Shown: positions 13,805 to 28,015, counted from the whole stretch's first letter. The stretch: DNA of 63,325 nt, filler included, from Octopus bimaculoides (GCF_001194135.2; 3 parts of 3 records of this genome joined end to end with filler, not necessarily neighbours in it); one strand, 5' to 3'. Notes: generated from the sequence alone by a model not told the origin. Program-made: numbers and translations.

Positions 13805-14263
13805 NNNNNNNNNNNNNNNNNNNNNNNNNNNNNNNNNNNNNNNNNNNNNNNNNNNNNNNNNNNNNNNNNNNNNNNNNNNNNNNNNNNNNNNNNNNNNNNN
13901 NNNNNNNNNNNNNNNNNNNNNNNNNNNNNNNNNNNNNNNNNNNNNNNNNNNNNNNNNNNNNNNNNNNNNNNNNNNNNNNNNNNNNNNNNNNNNNNNNNNN
14001 NNNNNNNNNNNNNNNNNNNNNNNNNNNNNNNNNNNNNNNNNNNNNNNNNNNNNNNNNNNNNNNNNNNNNNNNNNNNNNNNNNNNNNNNNNNNNNNNNNNN
14101 NNNNNNNNNNNNNNNNNNNNNNNNNNNNNNNNNNNNNNNNNNNNNNNNNNNNNNNNNNNNNNNNNNNNNNNNNNNNNNNNNNNNNNNNNNNNNNNNNNNN
14201 NNNNNNNNNNNNNNNNNNNNNNNNNNNNNNNNNNNNNNNNNNNNNNNNNNNNNNNNNNNNNNN

Positions 14264-14350
<87 letters not shown>

Positions 14351-14789
14351 AAAGTACTCTAAGGCGAGTCCGGTTCTCCAGAAATGGAAAAGGATTGAGC
14401 GAGGGGTTGTAAAGCCTTCGCACAGAAAAACTGACAAGCCACTTGAACATCTGAGGACAGCACGATAAATACTAATTCATGGAAAATAAATAAAGATAGA
14501 AATAAGATTAGTAGGTTAGTAAAGTAACTGGAACGAAAGCTTGTCGGAAGAAATATCATACTGTGTTTTTCCAAGTCGTTTTATATTTTGAAAGCAAATC
14601 TTTTGGAAGCTAGCTTTGTCTTCCAATTTTCCTGGACAAATAAATGATAGAGTGGTGGTGTATAAATTTTCAATTCTTGTTCAGCTATAAACCAAAGATT
14701 AGCCACTGCAATACATCTATGTGTCAGTCACGTGTGAGTATACGTGTGGGCTCGTGTGCATGCGCATAAACCTATACATAAGACAAGAA

Positions 14790-15030
14790 GGTTCTAGCTG
14801 AAACAATGATCCAATCAGTACCAGAGAATATAACACCACACTGCCATTATGGTTTCCTCAGGTACCAAAGCACAGTACACAAGATCTTTGATATAAGGCA
14901 GCTACATGAGAAATGAAGGAACCAGTATTAAGACATGGTCATTGCATTTTAGGATCTATTAAAAGCTTTTGAAATAATAAACAAGAAAATTTTACAAGGT
15001 TTGGCTTCCTGCTCAAATTTGTGAATCTCC
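14790..15030 (+). mobile_element. RTE-type LINE reverse transcriptase fragment, degenerate
   Basis: reads YGFLRYQSTVHKIFDIRQLHEK*RNQY*DMVIAF*DLLKAFEIIN, matching the GFRxxRSTxDxIFxLRQLxEK...AFxDLxKAFD region of non-LTR RTs. Confidence 0.75.
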
Positions 15031-15637
15031 CAGACCAGTTCCCTCTAAGAATAGTAGTCCAGATCTATATTGAAGGGTTGAAATCTGAAACCGTCATAAT
15101 AAAGGAAGCAGTGAGACATATTCGCATGCTGGCTCCTGCATTGTTTATTATTTTCTTAATCTATGTGACAACACTTTTGCACTGAAGAATGGAAAGCTGG
15201 GAGTCATCTATAAACTTTCGACTCAACATCCAAAGACAGTTAGTCAACACTCAGCGCAGTTTTGAACTGATCGTCGAACTACAGTGTATAGATGACTTCT
15301 CGAGTAACTCAGACAGCGAAAGTCCTACGATATTCTATCTCAGCCGTTATTATAGCTTGTAAAAGAATACAGCCTCCAGAACACTTAGGTCAATAGCATT
15401 CAACTAATCTGTCCACTTACTTAGTACAGCAGCCACAACTACTCACGCCCACCCAATTCAGACTCTTAGCTTGATTTCCCATCGCTATACGCTAGATGTA
15501 TATTAACACATGGCCTTTCCAAACATTGATATGCTTCGTCTCTGGTTGAACCAGCACATCAAGGATTGGGATGTGCAGTCATCAAAAGATCTGCAACTTA
15601 AGAAGTAAATGAATTCGATAGACAACCAGCGTAATGC

Positions 15638-15683
15638 ATGTATGTATGTATGTATGTATGTATGTACAGACAGACAGACAGAC

Positions 15684-15740
<57 letters not shown>
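15638..15740. repeat. compound (TATG)n-(GACA)n-(GATA)n microsatellite
   Basis: direct reading. Confidence 0.9.
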
Positions 15741-15749
<9 letters not shown>

Positions 15750-16379
15750 TTAGATAGATATCAGGGATCTAGTTTTTTTCATTCGCAAAATATCCAATTT
15801 TTAAAAGACAGTAAAAAAAACTTGAAAATCGGCTATAATAATAAAGTTTTCCAGTTTAATTGCTATGCAGATATGATGTTGTGGAGAAAAAAATTGGAGG
15901 AAAAAGTTACAGAAGTTTAAAAATCGAAAAATTGTATATTTTTAGCCAATAGCGAGACAAATTTTCTGCGTTTAGCGGGGAGGTGTCAACTTTAAGGTTG
16001 TACCCTGTGAAATTTATGCTTTAGTGTCTATGAAATGACCTCTTCGTTGTAAAGAATTTGTCCGAAGAAAAAGAATAACTGTAACTTATATATTTTTGCA
16101 GGCAGAATTCAAAAATAATGTCGAATTATCTGTACTAAGTTCACACATTCCATTCACCTTCATAACGCCCAGAGACCGTATAAACATCGCAAACAACTTT
16201 TGCTATATATGAACAATATGTAAAATATTAAGACAATTGACGAAAAATATCTATAAAAAAATTCTAATTGATAAATATAAATTTTAATTAAAATAAATCA
16301 CGCGGTTGAAGTAAATTTCGTGGTGTGAAGAATCAACGCATGCGGATGAAACAGAACACAACGTTTCACAACTTTCCGA

Positions 16380-16538
16380 GTTTTTTTTGTTTGTTTTTAC
16401 AGGCCTTAGAAAAACTGAAGAATCGCTGCAATAAGAGTGTGAATCTGGGAGGGGAATGTGTTGAATAAAATAATAACTAACTGATCCACTTGTATTTTCT
16501 TTTACCCAAAGCCAGGAACTTTTCAGCACCCCTTCGTA
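16380..16538 (+). mobile_element. 3' end and right terminal inverted repeat of a mariner-like transposon
   Basis: LEKLKNRCNKSVNLGGECVE* resembles the mariner transposase C-terminus; ends ccaggaacttttcagcaccccttcgTA (TIR plus TA target). Confidence 0.65.
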
Positions 16539-17100
16539 TGTACTTGTATAGAGCTAAGAAAACAAAAGTTTTCTCCTGTGTCCGGAAATTTTTGATATTG
16601 AAGTCAAATCAGTAAATGCTCTTGAAGCAGTTCTACGAGATGTCCTTGCATATCACAGTAGCTACCCAAAGTTATTATCATTCCCAGATGTACACTTCAA
16701 GTAACGAATCTGGTCCAAATTTTCATAAATATGCCAGAAATGACATTTTTTCTTCGTCAAACAGATGTTCGTACATTCCTTTGTCTCGCTTTTGTGAATA
16801 TCAGTGAAAATATCTAGTGCCAGCCAATTCAGAAGCAACAGATCACGTTACCAAATCATTACACAGAGATTTTAAAACGAAACTAAAAACAAAAATGACT
16901 CACCTGAATTTCTTTAGTTTTAATCGATTTTTTTGCCGACTTGAAATATGAAAACTACTTGGAAATGAAGTTCAACATTTGAGTGAAGTCGTAGCTCTCT
17001 AAATGTCAACAAAATAAATTTATCTCTTTGCGAACAACTATTATCGGCAGTTTACTTAAACAAAGGACATCTGTGGCTATGTGGTAAGAAGCTCGTTTCC

Positions 17101-18100
17101 GGTACTGGAGAGTTCAGTGTGCTTCTTCCTGCGAGCCAGAGTGGATGTGAGTCTGTCGCGCTCCATCCCCCCCCCCAAAAAAAAGAAAAAGAATAAGAAC
17201 AAGAACAGATAAAGTCGTCGAGGTAGGTGATTTTGTTTGTCTGAGCTGGGAGTAATCTGTCGTACTGTTAATTTTTGATAATAAATTGCGCCCAGCTCTG
17301 AAACAATTTCGCCTGCTCTCGGCGGCTGCTGTGTTTTTGTAAATTGTGAATTCTTTGAATTCAAAAAAGGGGGCGTATCCCCACCACAAGAATTGCTTCT
17401 ATTTTTCGGAATTTTCTGAAAGACTTTTTTGAATGATTTTCAATGACTTTGTTTGGCAATTTAAGCCTAAAACTTTGTGTGTTCGTTTACGAACAATTTC
17501 TGTTTGCTGTCTGTGGTAGGCGTGTTCGCTTCACCACAGCAGTGAAGTTTTTCTGGCGTCTTGCCAGAAACCATTGGAGTACCTTCTTGGAGTACCGTTG
17601 TGAAGAGCCCTGGAATTAAGTGTCTATGATTTTCTTTTATTTATCTTTTGGACTATCCGTTTTTCTATTCTGTTTCTCCTTTGTTTTCATTTTTTTCTTC
17701 TGCCTTTTTATTTTGAGAACTGTTTTGGCTTATAGAACTGTTGTTTATTTCATTTTTTGAATGGACATGGCGTCCCAGAAGGATACGGTCTTGGAGTGGG
17801 AGGCTGTCCCACCCAAGCAGTGGATTGCAGAGACAGAGGAGAGGACAGTGATCTTGCGGACCTATTCCAGGTCATGCAACGCAATTGCCCTCTGGACCCC
17901 AGTGGCAGTAGGAGACATGCTGTTTCCAGACTTTGAAAATGGCCGGGTCCAGGTACTCTGTGAGGCTTGAGGGACGCCCCCAAGTGTCACCGGTGCATGA
18001 AGCCTGGCCATATAAGGAAAAACTGCCCTAGGAGCCGTGGAATGGCCCCGGAGCAGGATGAAGAAAGTGCCCCCCCCCCATTGGAGGGGGAGATGATGAA
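17101..18100 (+). mobile_element. 5' part of an L1/Tx1-like non-LTR retrotransposon: pyrimidine-rich leader plus gag-like ORF1 with CCHC zinc knuckle, cut by an assembly gap
   Basis: ORF from ATG 17761, 1-nt frameshift near 17967, then CHRCMKPGHIRKNC (Cx2Cx4Hx4C); GC content well above flanks. Clade assignment is inference. Confidence 0.6.
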
Positions 18101-18144
18101 NNNNNNNNNNNNNNNNNNNNNNNNNNNNNNNNNNNNNNNNNNNN

Positions 18145-18156
18145 TTAATTAATTAA
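18145..18156. other. artificial scaffold-join spacer TTAATTAATTAA inside a 100-N gap
   Basis: 12-mer with stops in all six frames, centred in the 18101-18200 gap; identical construct at 50095-50106. Confidence 0.9.
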
Positions 18157-18353
18157 NNNNNNNNNNNNNNNNNNNNNNNNNNNNNNNNNNNNNNNNNNNN
18201 ATTATTATTATTATTACTATCATCATCATTATTATTATCATAGCTATTACTAATATTTTGTTTATTTCAGGTTGTTTAACAAATGTGATTTTTGCTAAAT
18301 TATTATATTCCTTGTTGACGTCTTAATCTACCTTAAAAAAGACATTAATAATG

Positions 18354-18435
<82 letters not shown>

Positions 18436-18814
18436 TGATGATGTTGATGATGATGATGATGATGATGATTCTTTATTGGCCATAAGGACCCGAACGAGGA
18501 GACACGACAACGACCAAATAGAAAATGCGAGGGCGTTACGTCTACATTATAATAGACATTTTCAAAGTGTATAATTATGTTATAAAACGTATGATTTCCC
18601 GTTTGATAGAATCACCTAAAAGAGTGTTATGTACAGAGAATATATCAGGCAAACTCTTCATAGGTGGAAGCCCCTATTCATTTCATTCGGTATTGGAAAA
18701 TAGGAATTGACAAAGCCACATATTGAATACTTATCATTTTCGTGATCGTATGTTTCATAATAATGAAATTTTTTATTGTTTCTTTCTCTCTTTTTCCTTC
18801 ACTTTCTCCCCATT

Positions 18815-18888
<74 letters not shown>

Positions 18889-19749
18889 NNNNNNNNNNNN
18901 NNNNNNNNNNNNNNNNNNNNNNNNNNNNNNNNNNNNNNNNNNNNNNNNNNNNNNNNNNNNNNNNNNNNNNNNNNNNNNNNNNNNNNNNNNNNNNNNNNNN
19001 NNNNNNNNNNNNNNNNNNNNNNNNNNNNNNNNNNNNNNNNNNNNNNNNNNNNNNNNNNNNNNNNNNNNNNNNNNNNNNNNNNNNNNNNNNNNNNNNNNNN
19101 NNNNNNNNNNNNNNNNNNNNNNNNNNNNNNNNNNNNNNNNNNNNNNNNNNNNNNNNNNNNNNNNNNNNNNNNNNNNNNNNNNNNNNNNNNNNNNNNNNNN
19201 NNNNNNNNNNNNNNNNNNNNNNNNNNNNNNNNNNNNNNNNNNNNNNNNNNNNNNNNNNNNNNNNNNNNNNNNNNNNNNNNNNNNNNNNNNNNNNNNNNNN
19301 NNNNNNNNNNNNNNNNNNNNNNNNNNNNNNNNNNNNNNNNNNNNNNNNNNNNNNNNNNNNNNNNNNNNNNNNNNNNNNNNNNNNNNNNNNNNNNNNNNNN
19401 NNNNNNNNNNNNNNNNNNNNNNNNNNNNNNNNNNNNNNNNNNNNNNNNNNNNNNNNNNNNNNNNNNNNNNNNNNNNNNNNNNNNNNNNNNNNNNNNNNNN
19501 NNNNNNNNNNNNNNNNNNNNNNNNNNNNNNNNNNNNNNNNNNNNNNNNNNNNNNNNNNNNNNNNNNNNNNNNNNNNNNNNNNNNNNNNNNNNNNNNNNNN
19601 NNNNNNNNNNNNNNNNNNNNNNNNNNNNNNNNNNNNNNNNNNNNNNNNNNNNNNNNNNNNNNNNNNNNNNNNNNNNNNNNNNNNNNNNNNNNNNNNNNNN
19701 NNNNNNNNNNNNNNNNNNNNNNTCAGAGATGCTGGAACATAAATTAAAA

Positions 19750-21092
19750 CCATGAGACATTAAACATAAATAACAACAACAACAACAACAACAGCAACAA
19801 CAACATCAGAAAGAACGCCACCACCATCAGTACCAACGGTCATAGGAGAAGCTAGAGTAATAACATCAATAATAACAACAAAGAAGAAAAGAGCACCATT
19901 AGCAACAAGAACAACAATAGCAACAAAAACACCTAAGACAAGAAAAGATTCAGCAGAAGAAACAACAAAATCTAAATTCTCAATTACAACAACAACAAAA
20001 TTTGCAACAACGGAGACATCAATAACAACATGAACACACCATCGAGAAAAAAATGTTTACAAAATTATGAGTAAAACTACAACTACTGCGAAACCACTGT
20101 GAGTGACAGAGGCAACAACAACAACAGTAATAGAAACAAGAATAACACTAAACATAGCAGCAAGAACATCAGAAATCAAATCAGGTGCAAAAGCACAAAT
20201 ATATTAAAAGCGAGCTAAAAAACTTCAATAGTAAAAACATGAAGATAAACAATAGTTGTAGTGACAACAACAGTAATAGTGAGAGTGTCACGTTCAACGG
20301 CAATAGCAACGACTATCGCTGCAATGACTAAAATATCAACACAAACAACAACAGCAACACAAGCAACGGCAACAAATATAACACCAACAACAGCAATAAC
20401 AATTATCATAGCAGCCACAACAAAAATAACAAACTGAGGTGAAGGAACACAGAATCAAATATATCAATGGTATCAACATGAAAACAAACAACAGCAGAAA
20501 TGACATCAGCAGCAACACGAACAAGAAGAAGAAGAACAACAACAACAGTTGCACGATCCGCAGTAGCAGCATATACCATAGTAGTAACAACATCAAAAAC
20601 AACAACGAAAAAAAAGAACTGAAACAAATAATTAAAAAGAAAAACAGACAAAAACCTCATATATAAATTTTAAAAAATGGTAGCACAAACAACAACAACA
20701 CCAGCAGTAACCCTCGCAGCCACAAAAACAATAATAACAAGAACAAGCAGAACAGAAATAAAAAATAAGTGCAGTAACCAAAAAAAAAAAACATCAATAG
20801 TAACAAAATAAAAGAAAATAACAGTAGCAATGACAACTAACAGCAACAAACACAGCATTTACAGAATCAGCAAAAATAAAGCAACATAGCATTTAATATT
20901 TGAAAAAAGCAATTGATCGTCATCACATTGTTTAATACCGACTAATTGTCATTTGATGAAATTTGGCTTCCATTTTGTTTTATGTCTTTTGTGTCAAATA
21001 TCGGCTCCATCAACACCTCTGATAACAATGTTAATGTTAATAATAATAACAACAACAACAACAATAATAAGGACAATAATAACAACAACAAC

Positions 21093-21154
<62 letters not shown>

Positions 21155-21307
21155 TAAAAATAATTATAAAAATTTAGACAATAATAATAATAGTAATAAT
21201 AATAATGATAAAAATATAGACAATAATAATAATAGCAAAAACAACAAAATATTAATAATATTAATAATAATAATGATGATAATAATAATAACAGAACTGA
21301 CAACAGC

Positions 21308-21344
<37 letters not shown>

Positions 21345-22130
21345 GCTAAATCAAAATTAAATCTTCCCGTGTCATCATAATCATCGGCATCAGCAGCGTA
21401 ATCGCCAACATAAAAAAAAAACAGAAGAAATATTTGTAACGCCGTCGTCAGCCTGTACACTTCCGACAAAACCAACATCGGCAACAACTACAAGAGCACC
21501 ACACCACCAGCACCACCACAAACAAATATTTTCGCGGAAAACAACATCGCACCCCCACNNNNNNNNNNNNNNNNNNNNNNNNNNNNNNNNNNNNNNNNNN
21601 NNNNNNNNNNNNNNNNNNNNNNNNNNNNNNNNNNNNNNNNNNNNNNNNNNNNACCCCCGATAAAATAAACTACAACAACGAAGAAAAGAAATTAAAACAA
21701 AGCAAAAAAAAAAAAATACTACGTGAGTATCACTGAAAGCGACAACGCTAACATCGACAACACGAACATCAAAGACAACAACAGCAACATCTACAACATC
21801 AGCAACAACACCAGCACAAGTAAACGACAGCACCATGCGAGCACTCATAGCAAAAAAGTATATATAAAATAAAAACAGCAATATGTCAGAAACTAGCGAA
21901 AATATAAACACTACGAGAAGCGAAATTGCAACCAAAAGCCACCACGATCAACGGAACAACATCACGAAAATAAATACCAACAACAACAGCACACAAACAG
22001 CAAACAACAACATTCCAAACAAACGTTCGTACCAAAAAGTCACAAATAACAACGAGTCATTGGTGGAGTCCTGTAAATTGTCAATAAACGTCTTAGAAAT
22101 AGCAACCAAATCTTTCCTATGTCAGATGTA
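19750..22130 (+). repeat. long degenerate A-rich trinucleotide mosaic (ACA/GCA/AAT/AAC)
   Basis: strong 3-nt periodicity and strand bias; Thr-rich frames broken by stops. Confidence 0.75.
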
Positions 22131-22245
22131 AGAGGAGATTATATTGGCAAACGGAATACAGGTCGTACTAGGAAAAGACGAGGAGGGAAAACGCAAGGCT
22201 GGCTGTAAACACGCCTAGTTATTCAAATGCATAATCAATTAAAAT

Positions 22246-22306
<61 letters not shown>

Positions 22307-22357
22307 TGTTGTAGTAGTAGTAGCAGCAGCAGCAGTAGTAGTATAAGGAGGAGGGGT

Positions 22358-22547
22358 TATATACGACGGGCTTTTTCAGTTTCCGTCTACCAAATCCACT
22401 CACAAGGCTACGGTTAGCCCGAGGCTATAGCAGTAGGCGCCACGCAGTAGACGCCACGCAGTAGACGCCACGCAGTAGACGCCACGCAGTAGGACTGAAC
22501 CCGGAACCGTGTGATTGGGAAGCAAGCTACACAGCCACTCGTGCGCC
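22358..22547 (-). mobile_element. SINE family A, 5' half, with internal 14-bp tandem expansion
   Basis: matches 52915-53075; cacgcagtagacgc repeated about 4.5 times at 22431-22492. Confidence 0.85.
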
Positions 22548-22785
22548 TTATATATANNNNNNNNNNNNNNNNNNNNNNNNNNNNNNNNNNNNNNNNNNNN
22601 NNNNNNNNNNNNNNNNNNNNNNNNNNNNNNNNNNNNNNNNNNNNNNNNNNNNNNNNNNNNNNNNNNNNNNNNNNNNNNNNNNNNNNNNNNNNNNNNNNNN
22701 NNNNNNNNNNNNNNNNNNNNNNNNNNNNNNNNNNNNNNNNNNNNNNNNNNNNNNNNNNNNNNNNNNNNNNNNATATACTCATATA

Positions 22786-22818
<33 letters not shown>

Positions 22819-22835
22819 TTATTTATTTATTTATT

Positions 22836-22883
<48 letters not shown>

Positions 22884-23589
22884 TATGTGACATATAGATA
22901 CATATGCATACATATGTGCATACGTACACACAGGTTACAAGTGCATTCTTCCGGGTAATCTTTTATGTACGGACATGCATATTTATATGCTGATGATCTC
23001 TTATGCACAATCACGTACACGCAGTTAAACCAGTACACAAATCTCTACACCTGTATATACATACACAAATACGAAATTACACATCCTCGCCTGAACGCAT
23101 GAACATCCGAAAAGATGCAAACCGGTGCATTCACATAGAATATACAAAAAAAAAAAAAAAAATCCACAGACATACAAAATTTTTAAGATTTGAGACTAAA
23201 TGGTACGGAGATCTAAATAAATGTTCGGTGAAAGTGATGCATCAATTTTTCAGTGGTACAGTAGAATGCTTTATGGATCCAAAATACGAAACACTGAATA
23301 ATTTACCGCCTTCTACACATACATACATACATACATACATACATACATACATACATACATACGTACATACGTACATACATATATACATACATACATACAT
23401 ACGTACATACATACATACGTACATACATACATACGTACATACATATATACATACATATATACATGCATACATGTATACATACATACATACATGCATACGT
23501 ACACATATGCATACATCATACACATAAAGAGCGAGTGATAGATCGAGAGAGACGTGTGTGCGTGTGTGTGTCCATGACAAACAATTTTC

Positions 23590-24298
23590 GACAGCTTTTG
23601 AAGGAGGATTGTTGTCATGGTGGTGGTATTGGTGGTGGTGGTGGTGGTTCAATTGTTGTTGTTGTTGGTAATGGTGTTGGTGTTGGGGTGGTGGTGGTGG
23701 TGGTGGTGGTGTTGTTGTTGTTGTTGTTGTTGTCGGTGGTGGTGGTGGTGGTGGTGGTGGAGGCGGCGGAGGAGGAAGTGGAGAACGAGGCGCAGAAGGC
23801 GGACGTGGAGGTGCAGGAGAAAGACGCAGTCCCTGGTGATGCTGATGGTGATGCTGACAGATTACTAACGTCGCCATCGATGACGATGATGCCGAGCAGA
23901 GAGAAAGAAGAGGAGGAGGTAGAAGAGAACGAAGATGATGGGGGACGATGAGGATGAGGATGACGACAAAGATGAAATACCTGATGCAGAGAACGAGTAT
24001 TTAGCAATAATTTGAGATTTGGTCGACAATAGTTAACGGTTTGTATTAAATTGATAAACTTGTAAAGACATTTTTAAAATTGTGAAATTTTAATAAAGAT
24101 TAAAAGGTCATCATAAATGCAAAACAAATGGATAATTAAGAAAATAAATAATTGAATCAATATTAAAAAAACAAAACAAAGTAAAGCATCGTATTGAAAG
24201 TCTAAATTAGAAAAAAAAAACTAATTAACTGAATCAATACAAAATTGTAATTAAAATATATAAATATGTATATATATGTATATACTACTGCTGCTACA

Positions 24299-24363
<65 letters not shown>

Positions 24364-24507
24364 TAATAATAATAATAATTGGGAGAGGAGGAGGAGAAGA
24401 GCATCATCAGCATCGTTCTCATCATCAGTCATCACCTCATCACCACCATCATCATCATCATGATAATACTAACAGCAACACCAATAATAATAATGATGAT
24501 GATGATG

Positions 24508-24582
<75 letters not shown>

Positions 24583-24720
24583 GAAATAGTAATGATGATG
24601 AAGATGGTGATGACGAAGATGATGACGAAAATGATGATGTAAATGATGATGATAATGATGATTCGATAAATAACAAAAATGTAAACGAAAAATGTTGAAG
24701 ATGTAAAGACGGCACAATAA
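23590..24720. repeat. trinucleotide microsatellite mosaic (GGT, GTT, GAG, GAT, AAT, CAT)
   Basis: direct reading; produces the poly-amino-acid ORFs in the track. Confidence 0.85.
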
Positions 24721-25372
24721 TTACTCTGCTACATAGAGGTCACATGACAAGTGACTAAAAAAATATGTGGGTGGGTGGTATAAGAATTTACGGTGGTTGG
24801 GCGATATAAACAAAAGCATAGTTGAGGGTAAACAATTTAGGGCTACATCGTGTAATGCGCAGCATAGGTGTGCTACTTGTATGAACTAAGAAAAATACTA
24901 ATCGAAGTGATGTGCTGCTTAAAAGAAGCCGGCTGTTGATATTAATACATAATTCTGTAAAAAACTAAAGAGAAGTAAATGTGTGTCCGAGCGTGATATG
25001 GTAAATGTCGGTTATGTGGTCGTAAGGACGTCATCGGTGCTAGTTGGTTTAGATGCTGTTGCCAAATGAGCATTAGTTTATACAGTAGGTACTTGGGCCT
25101 CAGCATAGAAACGTGTGTAATACGCTTATATATAGAATCAGTAACTGCAGCCATGTTGTTTTCAGCATAACCGTAACACATCCAATTGACGAGTATATAG
25201 GAAAAGTTTATTCACTCTAACATCAACGAGATGAAGTGGGGGAAAGTATATAATGCCTTAATCAACTTCACCTTGAAATGGATATTATTACACTTTGACT
25301 GACTAGATTTGAATAAATTTAAACATTTCTTCCGGGCTTCATTGAATTTCGCATCTACAAAATACCACCAAA

Positions 25373-25415
<43 letters not shown>

Positions 25416-25418
<3 letters not shown>

Positions 25419-25528
25419 GACAAGTTCCTTTCAGTTCCTGTCTACCAAATCCACTCACAAGGCTTTGGTCGGCACGTGGCTATAGCAGAAGACAATTGCC
25501 CAAGGTGCCACACAGTCACTCCTGCGCC
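25416..25528 (-). mobile_element. SINE family A, 5' half with internal deletion of the B-box region
   Basis: ctaccaaatccactcacaaggctttggtcggc...caaggtgccacacagtcactcctgcgcc. Confidence 0.85.
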
Positions 25529-25563
<35 letters not shown>

Positions 25564-27983
25564 GTACATATAAGAGAGAGAGAGGAAGAGAGAGAGAGGA
25601 AGAGAGAGAGAGGAAGAGAGAGACATAGATAGACAGACTGATAGATAAATAGATAGACAGACATACAGATAGATAGATATTTGTCATGAATTTTTAGCTT
25701 AGATGTCTCGAACACGTAACTTTCTGACAGGAAAGTGTTGAGCTGTTTAAAAAAAAAAACATTGTAAAATATGAGTCAAAAGATACATTCCATTGGGAAC
25801 ATCACATGACTAATGACAGCCAAGCACTTGTTTGTGATAATTGCTTTCTGTGTGCGTGCGTGCGTGCGCACGCGCGTGTGTAATTGTGTTATTGACACGC
25901 TATCAGAGCTTGCAAAAAAGAAAGTAAATAAATACCAGCAAGCGACTTAATATCTGTCAGTCTGTCAGTATTCACTCTCACAAACAGATACTAACAACAC
26001 CCGCATACTTTCATGCTATCATTAAGTTAAGCACGCTTTATTTAAAAAAAACTGCTAGGAATTTTTCCTTAGTAAAATGCTGTTAATAATGAAGTATGAC
26101 TTACTTGAATATTCCCAAATGAACTTGTAAATACTTTAACGGAATTTTGTCGCATTCAGTTAAGTTATTAATTTGTAAGCCTTTGCTATTTATCTATTTT
26201 AGCATTCATATTTGGTTTATTGCGCGTACCTTCATCGTTTCTATTGACTAAATTTCCTTGTTTTGCTTTTGCTTTTGCTTTTTCGTTGTTTTTTTTTTAT
26301 TTTGTTACTATGCACATAATCTCACCTCTTGTTCGACAATCATTCAGGCGCAGACTTGCTTAGTAAATTGAATTGTTCAACAGAAAAGTTTGATACTAAC
26401 AACAGGTTACTGTCTACTAACTGTACAGAAAATTTGTTTCATACGATTAAATAAAATGTGTCACGAATAAAAAAAAAAAACGATATTGGGAATATTTTTT
26501 TATGTTTGAAGTGAAGTTGTTTCACGATAAAAATCTACGCGAATTGTAATCACTTCTCAGAAAAACAAGGCCGTTAAACACGCCAGCCACATTATTATTA
26601 TTATTAATAGTAGTAGTAGTAGCAGCAGCAGTAGTAGATGGATGAAGAGGAGGCGTAGTTTGTCTCCAGTTGCCATGGCGCATGTATGTAGATTACATCC
26701 CCTGCCCTCGTGAATGGGACGCCGGTCCGTCGCAGGATTGACTCATTTCTGCCAGCTGAGTTGAATGGAGATTCTTGATGAAGATCACAATGCGTGTTCT
26801 GGTGGAATTACGAACCCAATCCCTTATTTGAATAATGGGGTACTCTCTTCTCATTCCTAAGGTACTCCTTTTTGCTGACGTTATTTTTTTCTGTTGATTT
26901 TATTTCCCAAGACCCTGCCAGGGATTGAACTCAGAATCAGCAGTCCACGCTCTTATCCACTACCCAATATGCCAGTAAGTTAATTATAAAGTGAATTTTG
27001 AGGCTTTTCAACCTAATATTTTATCTCTTCTTAATACTACTCTCATATTACGTTCATGTCTGCACTGGTCTGCTTAGGAAGTTATTTGTTGTATCCTAGC
27101 ATGTTTACTTCAAAGTCATGAGTTCGATTCCTGACTGTGTATTGTGTTCTTGAGCAATACATTATTTCACGTTGTGAAGTGGTGCATTATAATATAATAG
27201 TACATCAGGTTGTGTACTCCGGCGTTGTGTGGTGCTTTATATACAGTGAGAAGAAAGGTTCTAAGGTACAATGATCTGTGAAATAGTGAAAAGCTTCTAA
27301 AACCTTTAAGTTATGGCATCGAAAAACACTTCAAGTTGCTACACCATCATGGCTGCAGTCCAATGACTGACGCATATAAGAAATAAGTCATAATGTTTGT
27401 GGCGGCCCAATGTTTCGTCGTATAATGTGTTGCAGGTGATGGTCAAGCGGGCGGTCCGGACTGTTACCAAGTGTGATGTGATACAGTCTCGTATAATCAG
27501 TTGTGTTGCAGAGTCTATTATTGCATGGTAGGGTATGACGCCTTGTGTGCTACAGTATGATGTAATTGTTCCATAATGTGTTGTGGTGCAGTGTTGCGTA
27601 GCATGGTGGTGGTGGTGGTGGTGCTGCTGCTGGTGACGGAGGTGCTGGCTTGGAGATAAATGTAATCAACGCACCGTTCATTTTCTCATTAATTAATTTC
27701 TTATTTAGCACCAAATCAAAAAGTCATTTAATCGATCTCTTTGAAGGTATGTATGCACCAGGATTCGATCTTTATTCTGCTATTTTACACTGATCTTTTT
27801 TTATGTTCTTGTGTTTTTACTATTAGTGGTTTCGATGGGTGTTTTAGTGTGATTTTTTTTCTTCAGTTTTTATTGTGCTTTCATTTAATTAAGCTTAGTC
27901 GGGGTTTTTTTTTGCTTCTGATTTTAGTATTATCTTGCATCAGATTTAAATGCGCGCGCGTGTGTATGTGTATGTGTGTGTGT

Positions 27984-28015
<32 letters not shown>

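Noticed and set aside
16540-16900. Possible hAT transposase C-terminal remnant on the minus strand
   Set aside because: Too degraded to confirm motifs by eye
18145-18156. Perfect palindrome TTAATTAATTAA recurring at 50095
   Set aside because: Centred in exact 100-bp N gaps; a synthetic all-frame-stop spacer, so sequence on the two sides may not be truly adjacent
22431-22492. CRISPR-like short direct repeats
   Set aside because: No spacers, lies inside a SINE, eukaryotic context
20942-24717. Poly-Asn/Leu/Ile/Tyr/Gly ORFs
   Set aside because: Translations of (AAT)n, (GGT)n and (GAT)n tracts; no domains or splice support
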